Origin: Bacteroidaceae bacterium
Lineage (GTDB): Bacteria; Bacteroidota; Bacteroidia; Bacteroidales; Bacteroidaceae
DNA: 64,000 nucleotides
Direction: 5' to 3'
NCBI GenBank assembly: GCA_017965425.1
Contig: JAGCPY010000039.1
Span: forward strand, 11,389 to 75,388
Part shown: one piece after another, positions 36,574 through 45,647 of the stretch
Layout of the letters: each line of letters opens with the position of its first letter
How positions within the stretch are numbered: position 1 is the stretch's first letter
Translations under genes and position numbers: made by a program
Notes under the pieces: generated by a model
Databases searched by the model: none
Seen by the model: only the letters and a program-made list of their open reading frames with translations
What the model was told of the DNA's origin: nothing

Positions 36574-38893
36574 CGTCGTTGCCAATGCCGCGGGAGCGGT
36601 TGGGTTGTGAGCCAAGGTCGAAGCGGAGAGAGCCTCCACGAAGGAGGTCTTCGTGACGGAGGTAGTTGCGGGCATAGGGCTGGCCGTTGAAGGTCATGCG
36701 CTGGATGTAGGGGGGAAGGTTGGTTCCGACGGGAGAACCGTCGGACACAGAGGCGTCGATGGTGAGGTTCTTGCCAGAGGAAAGGTGGAGGGTGGTCTTG
36801 CGGAAATAGGGCGTGCCAAGGGCGTATTCGCCAGAACCAGGACAGACGGGATAGAAGCCGAGAGCAGAGAAGACATACCAGGCAGAGGTCTGGCCGTTGT
36901 CCTCGTCACCACAGTAGCCGTCGGGAAGGGGCGTATAGAACTTATCCATGACCTCACGCACGCGTTGCTGTGTTTTCCAAGGCTGGCCTGCCCAGTCGTA
37001 GAGGTAGATCATGTGCTGGATGGGCTGGTTGCCATGAGCGTAGTTGCCCATGTTCATAATCTGCATCTCACGGATTTCGTGGATGACACCGCCATAGTAG
37101 CTCTCGTCGAAGAGAGGCGGCACGTTGAACACGGAGTCGAGCATGGCAACGAAGACATTCTTGCCACCCATGAGGCGGATGAGACCCTCGGGGTCGTGAA
37201 AGACAGACCAAGTATAGTGCCAGGCATTGCCTTCGGTGAAAGCATCGCCCCACTTGAGCGGGTTGAAGGGTGATTGGAACTTGCCATCTTTGTTGCGGCC
37301 ACGCATCAGCTTTGTTTCGGGGTCAAAGACGTTGCGGTAGTTGAGGGCGTGCTCACGGAAAGGCTTGAGTTCTTTCTCTTTCTTGCCGAGTTTTTTGCCG
37401 AGCTGATAGATGCACCAGTCATCGTAGGCATATTCAAGGGTGCGAGCTACGGACTCGCGGATATCGACATCATAAGGTACGTAGCCGAGGCGATTGTAAT
37501 GGTCGAAGCCGAGGCGACCGGTTGAGGAAACTTGCGGGTGGACAGCGTTTGCACCGTGTGTGACGGCTTGCCAGAGGGTTTCGATGTCGTAGGGGGAGGA
37601 CTTGACGGGTAAACCGTCAAGCACACTGAGTTTCAAGTAGGCATCGGCGACGACGGAAGCGGAGTTGTTGCCCACCATGCAACCACGATGACCGGGACTG
37701 GCCCATTCGGGCAGGAAACCACTTTCCTTGTAACAGTTGACGAGACCTTCCTGCATCTGGAGGTTCATTTCGGGATAGACGAGGTTGAGCAGGGGGAAGA
37801 GGCAACGGAAGGTGTCCCAAAAGCCCGTATCAGTGAAATAATAGCCAGAACATACCTTGCCGGTGTGGGGGCTGTAGTGAATGGGCTGACCAGCAGCGTC
37901 GTACTCGAAGAAGGAACGGGGGAAGAGCACGGAACGGTAGAGGCAGGAATAGAAGGTGCGCAGGTGGTCGATATTATCGTCCTCGACTTCGATGCGTCCG
38001 AGGACATCGTCCCAACGCTGACGTGCGCCTTCGCAGATTTGGTCGAAGGAAGAGTTGCCCAGCTCTTGCAAGTTGCGTTCGGCTTGTTCGAAGCTAATGA
38101 AAGAGGAAGCTATGCGGAGGGTTACTTGCTCACCGCGCCGTAAAGAGGGGAAGCCTACCACAGCAGTAGCATGATCAGCCATCAGCTCGACACGACCTTC
38201 TTGGAGCTTGTCGCCATCGGCTGTCGCCACAAAGGAGATGGGATGGGAGAACTCGATGATGAAATAGTTCTTGAAGCCTTGTGGCACGCCACCGCTATTT
38301 TTGGTGGTATATCCCAACAGACGACGGTGCTGGGCATCCACAGCCACATAAGAACCCTTATCAAAGGGGTCGATGACCACTCGTGGCTCTGTCGTCTCAG
38401 GATAGGTCAGACGCATCATGGCAGCACGGGTGGTGGGAGTTAGTTCTGCCACCACGTCCCAGTCGGCGAGATATACCTTATAATAATAAGGTGTAGCAAC
38501 TTCGGCTTTGTGGCTAAACCAAGAGGCACGGTCATCTTCTTTGAAAACGGTGCGGGTAGTTGGCATGATGGCAAACTGACCGTAGTCGTTGATCCAAGGT
38601 GAAGGTTGATGGGTTTGCTTGATACCACGGATTTTGTCCTCGGTATAAACGTAAGCCCAACCATCGCCCATACGCCCTGTCTGGGGTGTCCAGAAGTTCA
38701 TGCCCCATGGCAAGGCGATGGCTGGATAGGTGTTACCCGTGGACAAAGAATGCTTGGACATGGTGCCCACGAGGGTGGAAACGTAAGAAACAGACCCACC
38801 CCCGGCCCTTCCTGAGAGGGAGGGAGCGGTTACCTTTGCGGGCAAAAGAGTGGTTGTTAATAAGGATATGAATAAAACGAATATTTTTTTCAT
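36548..38893 (-). CDS. GH92 exo-alpha-mannosidase
   Basis: Motifs YVSTLVGT...GNTYPAIALPWGMNFWTPQT, TLEYAYDDW, GDEDNGQTSAWYVFSALGFYP. The signal peptide MKKIFVLFISLLTTTLLPA is followed by a repeat-encoded linker PSLSGRAGGGS. Confidence 0.9.
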   Translation of the reverse strand: MKKIFVLFISLLTTTLLPAKVTAPSLSGRAGGGSVSYVSTLVGTMSKHSLSTGNTYPAIALPWGMNFWTPQTGRMGDGWAYVYTEDKIRGIKQTHQPSPWINDYGQFAIMPTTRTVFKEDDRASWFSHKAEVATPYYYKVYLADWDVVAELTPTTRAAMMRLTYPETTEPRVVIDPFDKGSYVAVDAQHRRLLGYTTKNSGGVPQGFKNYFIIEFSHPISFVATADGDKLQEGRVELMADHATAVVGFPSLRRGEQVTLRIASSFISFEQAERNLQELGNSSFDQICEGARQRWDDVLGRIEVEDDNIDHLRTFYSCLYRSVLFPRSFFEYDAAGQPIHYSPHTGKVCSGYYFTDTGFWDTFRCLFPLLNLVYPEMNLQMQEGLVNCYKESGFLPEWASPGHRGCMVGNNSASVVADAYLKLSVLDGLPVKSSPYDIETLWQAVTHGANAVHPQVSSTGRLGFDHYNRLGYVPYDVDIRESVARTLEYAYDDWCIYQLGKKLGKKEKELKPFREHALNYRNVFDPETKLMRGRNKDGKFQSPFNPLKWGDAFTEGNAWHYTWSVFHDPEGLIRLMGGKNVFVAMLDSVFNVPPLFDESYYGGVIHEIREMQIMNMGNYAHGNQPIQHMIYLYDWAGQPWKTQQRVREVMDKFYTPLPDGYCGDEDNGQTSAWYVFSALGFYPVCPGSGEYALGTPYFRKTTLHLSSGKNLTIDASVSDGSPVGTNLPPYIQRMTFNGQPYARNYLRHEDLLRGGSLRFDLGSQPNRSRGIGNDDAPYSFSK

Positions 38894-38957
38894 CGTGCTT
38901 TTGAATATTGTTCTTATTAGGTAATCGCTCCCTAACAGGGATGACGGGGGTGGGTCT
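38792..38957. repeat. GC-rich inverted-repeat cassette (family R3) straddling the GH92 start
   Basis: Left arm AGACCCACCCCCGGCCCTTCCTgagAGGGAGGG lies inside the GH92 codons. Right arm ...GGGGGTGGGTCT lies 23 nt from the upstream gene's stop. The interior carries the GH92 ATG and signal peptide. Confidence 0.8.
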
Positions 38958-38979
38958 GGGTCTATTATTATCTATCCTC

Positions 38980-40080
38980 TTACCACTGAATGGCCTGATC
39001 TTCGTTCGGGATCTGCGTATTGAGCTGGCGTTCGAGAGTCAGGATGCCCTTGACGGTGTAGGGCATTTCATAGCCTTCAACGGAAGTGTAGTCGGTATAG
39101 TTGTACTCGATGCCACTGATGATGACATAGCGATGTTTCAACCACGGCTGCACCTCATCCATCTGCTCATAGATGCGATAAGCCGTCTGACCAGTGCTCT
39201 GGAATTTGTTCTTGTCGGCGTTGTCAGACGTGAGAACGACATGTCCCTCCGTCCCATCTTCGTTATCAGGTACGAATTGGAAGAAGACTTTGTAGTTTTG
39301 GCGGTCAACACGTGTCTCATCGATGTTGCCGGCATAGAAGAAGATGCTGTTCTCATTGACCACATAGCCTCTTGCTGTTTCCATACCCGTAGCATTTGTG
39401 GGGTCGTCAGCATTGGTGATGGTCAGTGTAGTAGCCGAATAGTTGCCCGAATAATCGTTGTAGGGATAGATACGCAACATAGCTTTGGCATAGTTCTTAC
39501 GAGGATGAGGCTGATAGCCGTCACCTCTCTGAATTTCAAGGGGAAGCACCCACTTATCAACCATGTTGATACCACCATTCTTAGTGAAGTCGAACTGAAT
39601 CTTCAACAAAGCTACGTCTTGTCCGTTGGCAATCTGGATCGTGGATGGATAAGTGGCAAAGTCACTCATATCCTTATAATATAAATCGGTGATATCTGCA
39701 CGATAGGCAGGATTTCCAAAACGCTCGAAGTTCAGCTGGGCGAGTGTGTCGCTGTGTCCAATCTTCACAAGGAGGTCTTTGTCGTTATCTGTTGTTCCGC
39801 TGACAATGACTGGCAGCTCATAGTGTGAGAGCCCCGTACTACCATAGATAGCATTGCCATTGTCATCATGACGGGTGTACGGGACATAGACTGCCGTAAC
39901 GCCGTTGTCGTTCAGAGGAGCCTTAAAGCTGATAAAGTGTTCATACTGCTCTTCCTTCCACTCGTCGTTGCAGGCTGTCAGGAAGGGGACAATCAGCAGG
40001 AACAGCAGCCCCACCCCCCTGCCCCTCCCTATAACGGAGGGGAATAAAGACCTTAATATATTGCTCTTATATGTTTCCAT
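38980..40080 (-). CDS. PUL-encoded surface lipoprotein (SusE/F position, possible glycan-binding protein)
   Basis: Lipobox ...LLFLLIVPFLTAC. It sits immediately downstream of SusD. The family is not assigned with confidence (DUF4973/DUF4361-like is only a guess). Confidence 0.6.
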   Translation of the reverse strand: METYKSNILRSLFPSVIGRGRGVGLLFLLIVPFLTACNDEWKEEQYEHFISFKAPLNDNGVTAVYVPYTRHDDNGNAIYGSTGLSHYELPVIVSGTTDNDKDLLVKIGHSDTLAQLNFERFGNPAYRADITDLYYKDMSDFATYPSTIQIANGQDVALLKIQFDFTKNGGINMVDKWVLPLEIQRGDGYQPHPRKNYAKAMLRIYPYNDYSGNYSATTLTITNADDPTNATGMETARGYVVNENSIFFYAGNIDETRVDRQNYKVFFQFVPDNEDGTEGHVVLTSDNADKNKFQSTGQTAYRIYEQMDEVQPWLKHRYVIISGIEYNYTDYTSVEGYEMPYTVKGILTLERQLNTQIPNEDQAIQW

Positions 40081-40156
40081 AATGATTCTAATATATGAAT
40101 GTTTATTCTTGTTAGGTGACCACCCCCTCCCAAAAGGGAGGGTGAAGGGTGGGTCT
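40007..40156. repeat. GC-rich inverted-repeat cassette (family R3) straddling the lipoprotein start
   Basis: Left arm AGCCCCACCCCCCTGCCCCTCCctataacGGAGGGG is translated as PSVIGRGRGVGLL. Right arm CCCTCCCaaaaGGGAGGGTGAAGGGTGGGTCT ends 1 nt from the SusD stop. Confidence 0.8.
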
Positions 40157-40157
40157 T

Positions 40158-42404
40158 TTAGTCATTATATTGCCATCCAGGGTTCTGTACCAGATTCTTG
40201 TTGCGTTTGAGGTCGGTATGAGAAATCGGCCAGAAGTACATCTTATCATTGAAATTGGCAGAGAGATTGTACACGGGGATAACCTGCATGAACTCATCGC
40301 GGTTTTGTTGTGTCTGGAAGACATTCAAACCATAGACACGCTTGTTTTCCTCGACAGGTGCATCCATCCAACGACGGAGATCGAAGTAGCGCTTGCCTTC
40401 ACCCATGAGTTCAATCATGCGCTCACGCTTGATCTTCTCGCGGAAGAGATTGGCATCGTTATAGACTTCGGCGGTATAATCATGCAAACCTGCACGGATG
40501 CGAACAGGCTGCACACCATTCTTCATTTCATCGATGTCGCGGCTGATAGTGATGTCCTGTCCCTTCCAGCTCTTGATGGTATAGCTCTTGGTGAGCTCGT
40601 TGAGGCATTCGGCGTACATCATCAAGATATCAGCATAGCGCATGGCAGGCTCAAACTTCTCACGGAAGTGACCATAGTCATGTTGTGCGTCACGGAAGTC
40701 ATCAGGATGGTAGAACTTCTTGATACCGATGCCTGTGCGGAGATAAGAGAAGGCATTGATATAGCCATTACCGCCCGAACGGTAGTAGAAAATCTGAGCA
40801 TTGCGCTGTGAAGAGGTGGGATTCTGAAGCTGTTCCCAGTAGCTACCACTAAAAGCTACACTGGCATAGAAACGCGGTTCGCGTTTCACATATTGCTTGG
40901 AGACGTTCATGCCAGGAAAACGGCGCAAGTTCTGGGAGAGTTCAGGATAATCTCCGTTCTGGATCTCACCACGACTGGTCCAGCCTGTTTCACGCTCCAA
41001 CGAGTTACCAGCATCATAGCCTTCGACACCGTCCTTACGCCATTCGCGATACATGCCAGGAGCATCTGTACCGTCTTTCATATAATATGTGTCACACATC
41101 TTCTGAGTCATACCGTGTGTGTTCCATCCATTCAGGGAAACAGGCATGGAGTGTGCCACCATAGCGCCGAGACCGTTATCATTATCCCCCATGTTCATGT
41201 TGGAACCACGGGTGAAAATCAACTCGGGATTATCGACTGCACTGGCTGTTCCGTTGAAAAGGTTGCGATAGGAGAGATAGGGGTCGATATCCTTCCAACC
41301 TTTAGGCCAGTTGTTCTCGGAAAAGACAGGGTCATAGTCAGGTGTCACGGTGAGCGGAGCACCATCAGCTTCCACGGTATTGATACCAGCATGATAAAGC
41401 TCATATCCACCAAGGTCCATGACATCCTTGCAGGCAGCCGCAGCACGAGCCCATTTTGATTCGTCATAGTCAAGTGAGAGGAGGTGAGTTCCATCGAAGT
41501 TCACCAATGCTTTGGCAATATTATCCGTTACGGTGGCAGGATGCTTACCATTCTTCAGTTGTCCGTTCGCCAATGGACTGGCGGCGTAAGTGAGTGCGAT
41601 GGCACGGGTTGCCAAGCAGGCGCCACGTGTAGGACGAGCGATGTTAGCCTCGTCTCGCTTGGTCGTCCAGCGGGGAGAAATCTCGTTGGCGGCCTTGGCC
41701 ATTTCGTTGGCAATATAGTTAGCACACTCTTCGTAGGTGGCACGTGGTGTGGCCAAGTCATCGTATTCCAACGTATAGTCTGCGCCTTCATCGGGCATGA
41801 TGGGCACAGGACCGAACTTACGGAGCAAGAGCCAATAATAATAGGCACGCACAAAGCGAGCCTGACCTTTTCTGTCAAGACGATCTTCCTCGCTCAAGTC
41901 GGTATTCATGTCGATGTTCTTGATGAAAATACTGGCTTGGTAGATACCTTGATAGCTGCGCACCCATGCATTTTGTCCAACACGTTCTGTATAACCTCCT
42001 TCGCGGAAAGTATTATAAGAGGTAAAACCACGGTCTTTGGCATCGCCATAAGCATAGTCACGATCGCCGTAGTAGATATCATCGGCGAAGCAGAACGGGT
42101 TCCAGTCACTGTTCTCTCCACCGGTTCCGCCCTTGGAGCACACCTCAAAGTTGCTGCCCGTCAGGAATGAAAAGGCATGAGCCAGCCACATGTCAACCTG
42201 TTCACGGTCTGTGAAGACGCTCTCCAGTGTCTTGCGGTCTTCAAAGTACTTGTCGGAATCAAGATCGGCACAGGAAGTCATTAGGAATGCAACCAGCAGG
42301 AGTAGCAGACCCACTCCCCTGCCCCTCCATAAGGAGGGGAGTATATACTTTTGCATATTACTCTTTTTCATATTTGTATTCATTTTTCTTTCTAATGAAA
42401 TCAT
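40158..42404 (-). CDS. SusD/RagB-family nutrient-binding outer-membrane lipoprotein
   Basis: Lipobox LLLLLVAFLMTSC. The size, the TPR-like helical N-half and the C-terminal ...NPGWQYND are typical, and it sits directly downstream of SusC. The start is ambiguous (ATGs at 42404, 42383, 42371 and 42356). Confidence 0.85.
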   Translation of the reverse strand: MISLERKMNTNMKKSNMQKYILPSLWRGRGVGLLLLLVAFLMTSCADLDSDKYFEDRKTLESVFTDREQVDMWLAHAFSFLTGSNFEVCSKGGTGGENSDWNPFCFADDIYYGDRDYAYGDAKDRGFTSYNTFREGGYTERVGQNAWVRSYQGIYQASIFIKNIDMNTDLSEEDRLDRKGQARFVRAYYYWLLLRKFGPVPIMPDEGADYTLEYDDLATPRATYEECANYIANEMAKAANEISPRWTTKRDEANIARPTRGACLATRAIALTYAASPLANGQLKNGKHPATVTDNIAKALVNFDGTHLLSLDYDESKWARAAAACKDVMDLGGYELYHAGINTVEADGAPLTVTPDYDPVFSENNWPKGWKDIDPYLSYRNLFNGTASAVDNPELIFTRGSNMNMGDNDNGLGAMVAHSMPVSLNGWNTHGMTQKMCDTYYMKDGTDAPGMYREWRKDGVEGYDAGNSLERETGWTSRGEIQNGDYPELSQNLRRFPGMNVSKQYVKREPRFYASVAFSGSYWEQLQNPTSSQRNAQIFYYRSGGNGYINAFSYLRTGIGIKKFYHPDDFRDAQHDYGHFREKFEPAMRYADILMMYAECLNELTKSYTIKSWKGQDITISRDIDEMKNGVQPVRIRAGLHDYTAEVYNDANLFREKIKRERMIELMGEGKRYFDLRRWMDAPVEENKRVYGLNVFQTQQNRDEFMQVIPVYNLSANFNDKMYFWPISHTDLKRNKNLVQNPGWQYND

Positions 42405-42464
42405 ATAATAACAAATCTTTTAAGTAACCATTCCCTCCCTCAAAGGAAGGGTTAGGGTGGGTCT
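42307..42464. repeat. GC-rich inverted-repeat cassette (family R3) straddling the SusD start
   Basis: Left arm AGACCCACTCCCCTGCCCCTCCataaGGAGGGG is translated as PSLWRGRGVGLL. Right arm ...GGAAGGGTTAGGGTGGGTCT overlaps the SusC stop codon by 2 nt. Confidence 0.8.
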
Positions 42465-45400
42465 ATATATTCACTTGCAAGCCAGCGGTAATGGCCTTGG
42501 TAATAGGATAGTCTTCGCCACGAGGCTGCAGGGATTCAGGATCCCAGGTGTCGAACTTCTTATGTAGGAAGAAGAGGTTGGTGGCCGACACGTAAACACG
42601 AATGTTCTGGAAATGAATCTTGTTGACGATGCGCTTGGGCAAGGTGTAACCGATGTCGAGGTTCTTTAAGCGAAGATAGCGACCATCGCGGAGCCAGAAT
42701 GTTGAGTTGCGGTCGTTGTTGCTGTTGCCTCCATAACTCAAACGAGGATAATTTGCATTGGGATCTTCGTTGGCAGTAATGCCCAGCTTGGTAGCTGTCT
42801 CGGAATCTACCCAACGGTTGTCGAGCATTCCCTTGAAGATATTACCCCACTGGCTTTCACTGAACGCCCAGACGCACTTGCCATAGGTCGAGAAGGTGCT
42901 CTTACCTGCTCCTTGGAAGTGGAGGTTGAAGTCGAAGCCCTTCCAAGTCACAGAAACACCGAGGCCATAGATAAGACCAGGCCGGCTGGTGGCACCGATG
43001 GCACAAACGTCACCATCATTGACAACACCGTCACCATTGACATCCTTATACTTAATGTCACCAGGTTGTACCGTACCGAATTCCTGTGTCGGTGAGTTGC
43101 GGATGTCATCATAATCCTTGAATAATCCTAAGGCAATGAGTCCGCGCACTTGATCAACACGGTAACCATACTGGTTCTGATAAGCATAGACGTTGTTTTC
43201 CTCGTCATACTCATCTATACGGTTCTTGCTATAGGTGATATTACCACGAACTGTCAATCCTACATCTCCGAACTTGTCGTTATAGCTAAAGTTTCCATCA
43301 AAACCACGAGAGGTGACAGCACCCACGTTGGCTTTCGGATAGTTCCAGCCATTATCATCCCAATATTCAAGACCAACAGTCGTTGGCAGGAAGCGGCGCT
43401 CCTGGAAGATACCAGTACGTTTTTCATCGAAATAGTCCATCGTCAACGAGAATTTGTTGTTGAAAAGGACGAGGTCAATACCCAAGTCATTCTTCGTTGC
43501 AACTTCCCATGTGACATAGTCAGAAGACACCTGACGATAGCGGACGGAACCATAAGAATTCTGTCCATTCTGTCCCCAAGTATAACCGTTTCCAGAAGCC
43601 TCCAATGTATAAAGATAGGGGAAACGGTTGCTGCCAGTGGCATCTGAACCGACCTTACCGTTGGAGAAGCGAATCTTGAACATATCCAACCATTTCACTT
43701 TGCCTTTCACCCAAGGTTCCTCGCCCACGTTCCAAGCCACAGACCAAGCAGGGAAGAAGCCCCAGCGGTGGCCGTCGGCAAAGTTCTCGGAACCGTTATA
43801 ACCGAAGTTGAAGTCAGCGAAGTAACGCGAAGCAAAGTTGTAAGTTACTTGAGCGGCCAGTCCCTTGTTCTTACGTGATACGGAATTTTTCACGTCAGTG
43901 CCCAAATTCTGGGTGCTGATGTCCTGATCCTCGGTGAACTTCATATTTGCGGCGACATTGTGATAGTCTCCGAACTTACGGTCCCAATGCAAGAGCAGGT
44001 CGAGGAACTCACGGCGTGAGCCACTGTTGGCACTCGACTGTGTCATGTCGCGCACCGACTGCACCTGTTGGAAATCGAGCAGACCGGTCTCGGTGTTGCG
44101 AGAGCGTGCTGCATATAGAGCAGGCAGGCGGTGGTGCTGGATGCTGTTGCTGTTATAGGTATCATAACCGAAACGGCCCGTGAACCTCAGACCTTTCGTG
44201 ATGAAGCTGAAATCCTGCTCCAAAGTGACGTTGGTCTGGATGTTGTTCTGCCATTCAGTGTTATAACCCGTCTGCGTGGAGCTGACCCAAGGGTTAATAT
44301 AGTTTTCATCGAGGGTGTAAACTGTAACACCATTCTCCTCAGACTCGTTAAATACACCCTTGGCTGGGTAAGTTCCATTGCTGTAAAGCACTGGAGTGTA
44401 AAGAGGATTGTAACCGAACATCTGCCCCCACACCTTATCATCACCGATACCAGGGCTATTGCGTTTGTTCAGATTGCCACTGATACCAAGCTTAAGGACG
44501 GTTGTTTTGGTGATGTCCACATCAACGTTCATACGGTAATTCCAGCGGTCATAGTTAGCATTGGTATCATAACGGTCACGTAGTGTCTTGTCGGTCTTAT
44601 ACATACCTTCATCCTGTGTGTAAGCCATAGATACATAGTAGCGAGCCGTTTCGCCACCACCACTGATGTTCAAGTTGGCACGGTAGCTCATGGCACCGTT
44701 CTTCAACAACAGATCTTGCCAATCGACGTTCGGGTAGAGGTCGGGGTCAAGGCCATAGCGGATGATGTCAAGTTCCACAGGCTGATAGAGGATACCGAGG
44801 TTGCGTGTGACACGAGCCTCGTTGAGATAATTGGCATAGTCGAAACCGCTGACGAATTCAGGCGTGATGGTGCGCGTGTTGTAAGAGGTTTCCACCTTGG
44901 CATTGATATTCACCTTACCGGCCTTACCATGTTTGGTGGTGATGAGGACGACACCGTTAGCACCCTTGGAACCGTAAATGGCCGTGGCGGAAGCATCTTT
45001 CAGCACCGAGAACGACTCAATGTCCTCGATATTGATGTCATCGAGGTTTTCGCGTTCGAAACCGTCAACCAGGATATAGGCCGAAGAGCTGGCACCAAAG
45101 GTGGAGATACCGCGAATCCAGAATTCCGAGGTATTCTTACCAGGTTGTCCAGACTTCTGGTATGCCATCACACCTGCGACATTACCTGCCAGCGTGTTCG
45201 TCAGGTTGGAGGTGTTGAAATGCTTCAGTTCTTCCATCTTGACGTTGGTGATAGCACCCGTCAGGGTGAGCTTCTTTTGAGATTGCATACCCGTGACAAC
45301 GACTTCGTCAAGAGCACTGGTGGCTTTTTCCTGAAGAGTAATATCAATTTTCTGCTGGTCTTTGACCACCACTTCCTGAGTTTCAAATCCCATGAAGGAG

Positions 45401-45618
45401 TAAACCAGCGTCTTGTACTGTTGCACCTTGATGCTGTATTCACCGTCGATGTTGGTGATTGTTCCCAAACCTTTTGAGTCTTTCACAATGATGTTGGCAC
45501 CTGGGAGCGGTTCACCTGTGGCATCCTTGACGACACCCGTCACGGTGACTTCCTTCTGTGCCAGCACCGAGAAGGTGGTGCCGAGCAAGAGGAACAATGT
45601 GGCAATATATTTCTTCAT
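42463..45618 (-). CDS. SusC/RagA-family TonB-linked outer-membrane transporter
   Basis: Carboxypeptidase-regulatory-like N-terminus VTGVVKDATGEPLPGANIIVK. Plug motifs FWIRGISTF, SFSVLKDASATAIYGSKGANGVVLITTK. 1051 aa. Confidence 0.95.
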   Translation of the reverse strand: MKKYIATLFLLLGTTFSVLAQKEVTVTGVVKDATGEPLPGANIIVKDSKGLGTITNIDGEYSIKVQQYKTLVYSFMGFETQEVVVKDQQKIDITLQEKATSALDEVVVTGMQSQKKLTLTGAITNVKMEELKHFNTSNLTNTLAGNVAGVMAYQKSGQPGKNTSEFWIRGISTFGASSSAYILVDGFERENLDDINIEDIESFSVLKDASATAIYGSKGANGVVLITTKHGKAGKVNINAKVETSYNTRTITPEFVSGFDYANYLNEARVTRNLGILYQPVELDIIRYGLDPDLYPNVDWQDLLLKNGAMSYRANLNISGGGETARYYVSMAYTQDEGMYKTDKTLRDRYDTNANYDRWNYRMNVDVDITKTTVLKLGISGNLNKRNSPGIGDDKVWGQMFGYNPLYTPVLYSNGTYPAKGVFNESEENGVTVYTLDENYINPWVSSTQTGYNTEWQNNIQTNVTLEQDFSFITKGLRFTGRFGYDTYNSNSIQHHRLPALYAARSRNTETGLLDFQQVQSVRDMTQSSANSGSRREFLDLLLHWDRKFGDYHNVAANMKFTEDQDISTQNLGTDVKNSVSRKNKGLAAQVTYNFASRYFADFNFGYNGSENFADGHRWGFFPAWSVAWNVGEEPWVKGKVKWLDMFKIRFSNGKVGSDATGSNRFPYLYTLEASGNGYTWGQNGQNSYGSVRYRQVSSDYVTWEVATKNDLGIDLVLFNNKFSLTMDYFDEKRTGIFQERRFLPTTVGLEYWDDNGWNYPKANVGAVTSRGFDGNFSYNDKFGDVGLTVRGNITYSKNRIDEYDEENNVYAYQNQYGYRVDQVRGLIALGLFKDYDDIRNSPTQEFGTVQPGDIKYKDVNGDGVVNDGDVCAIGATSRPGLIYGLGVSVTWKGFDFNLHFQGAGKSTFSTYGKCVWAFSESQWGNIFKGMLDNRWVDSETATKLGITANEDPNANYPRLSYGGNSNNDRNSTFWLRDGRYLRLKNLDIGYTLPKRIVNKIHFQNIRVYVSATNLFFLHKKFDTWDPESLQPRGEDYPITKAITAGLQVNI

Positions 45619-45647
45619 AATAATCTATTCTTAGATGTTCTACACGT

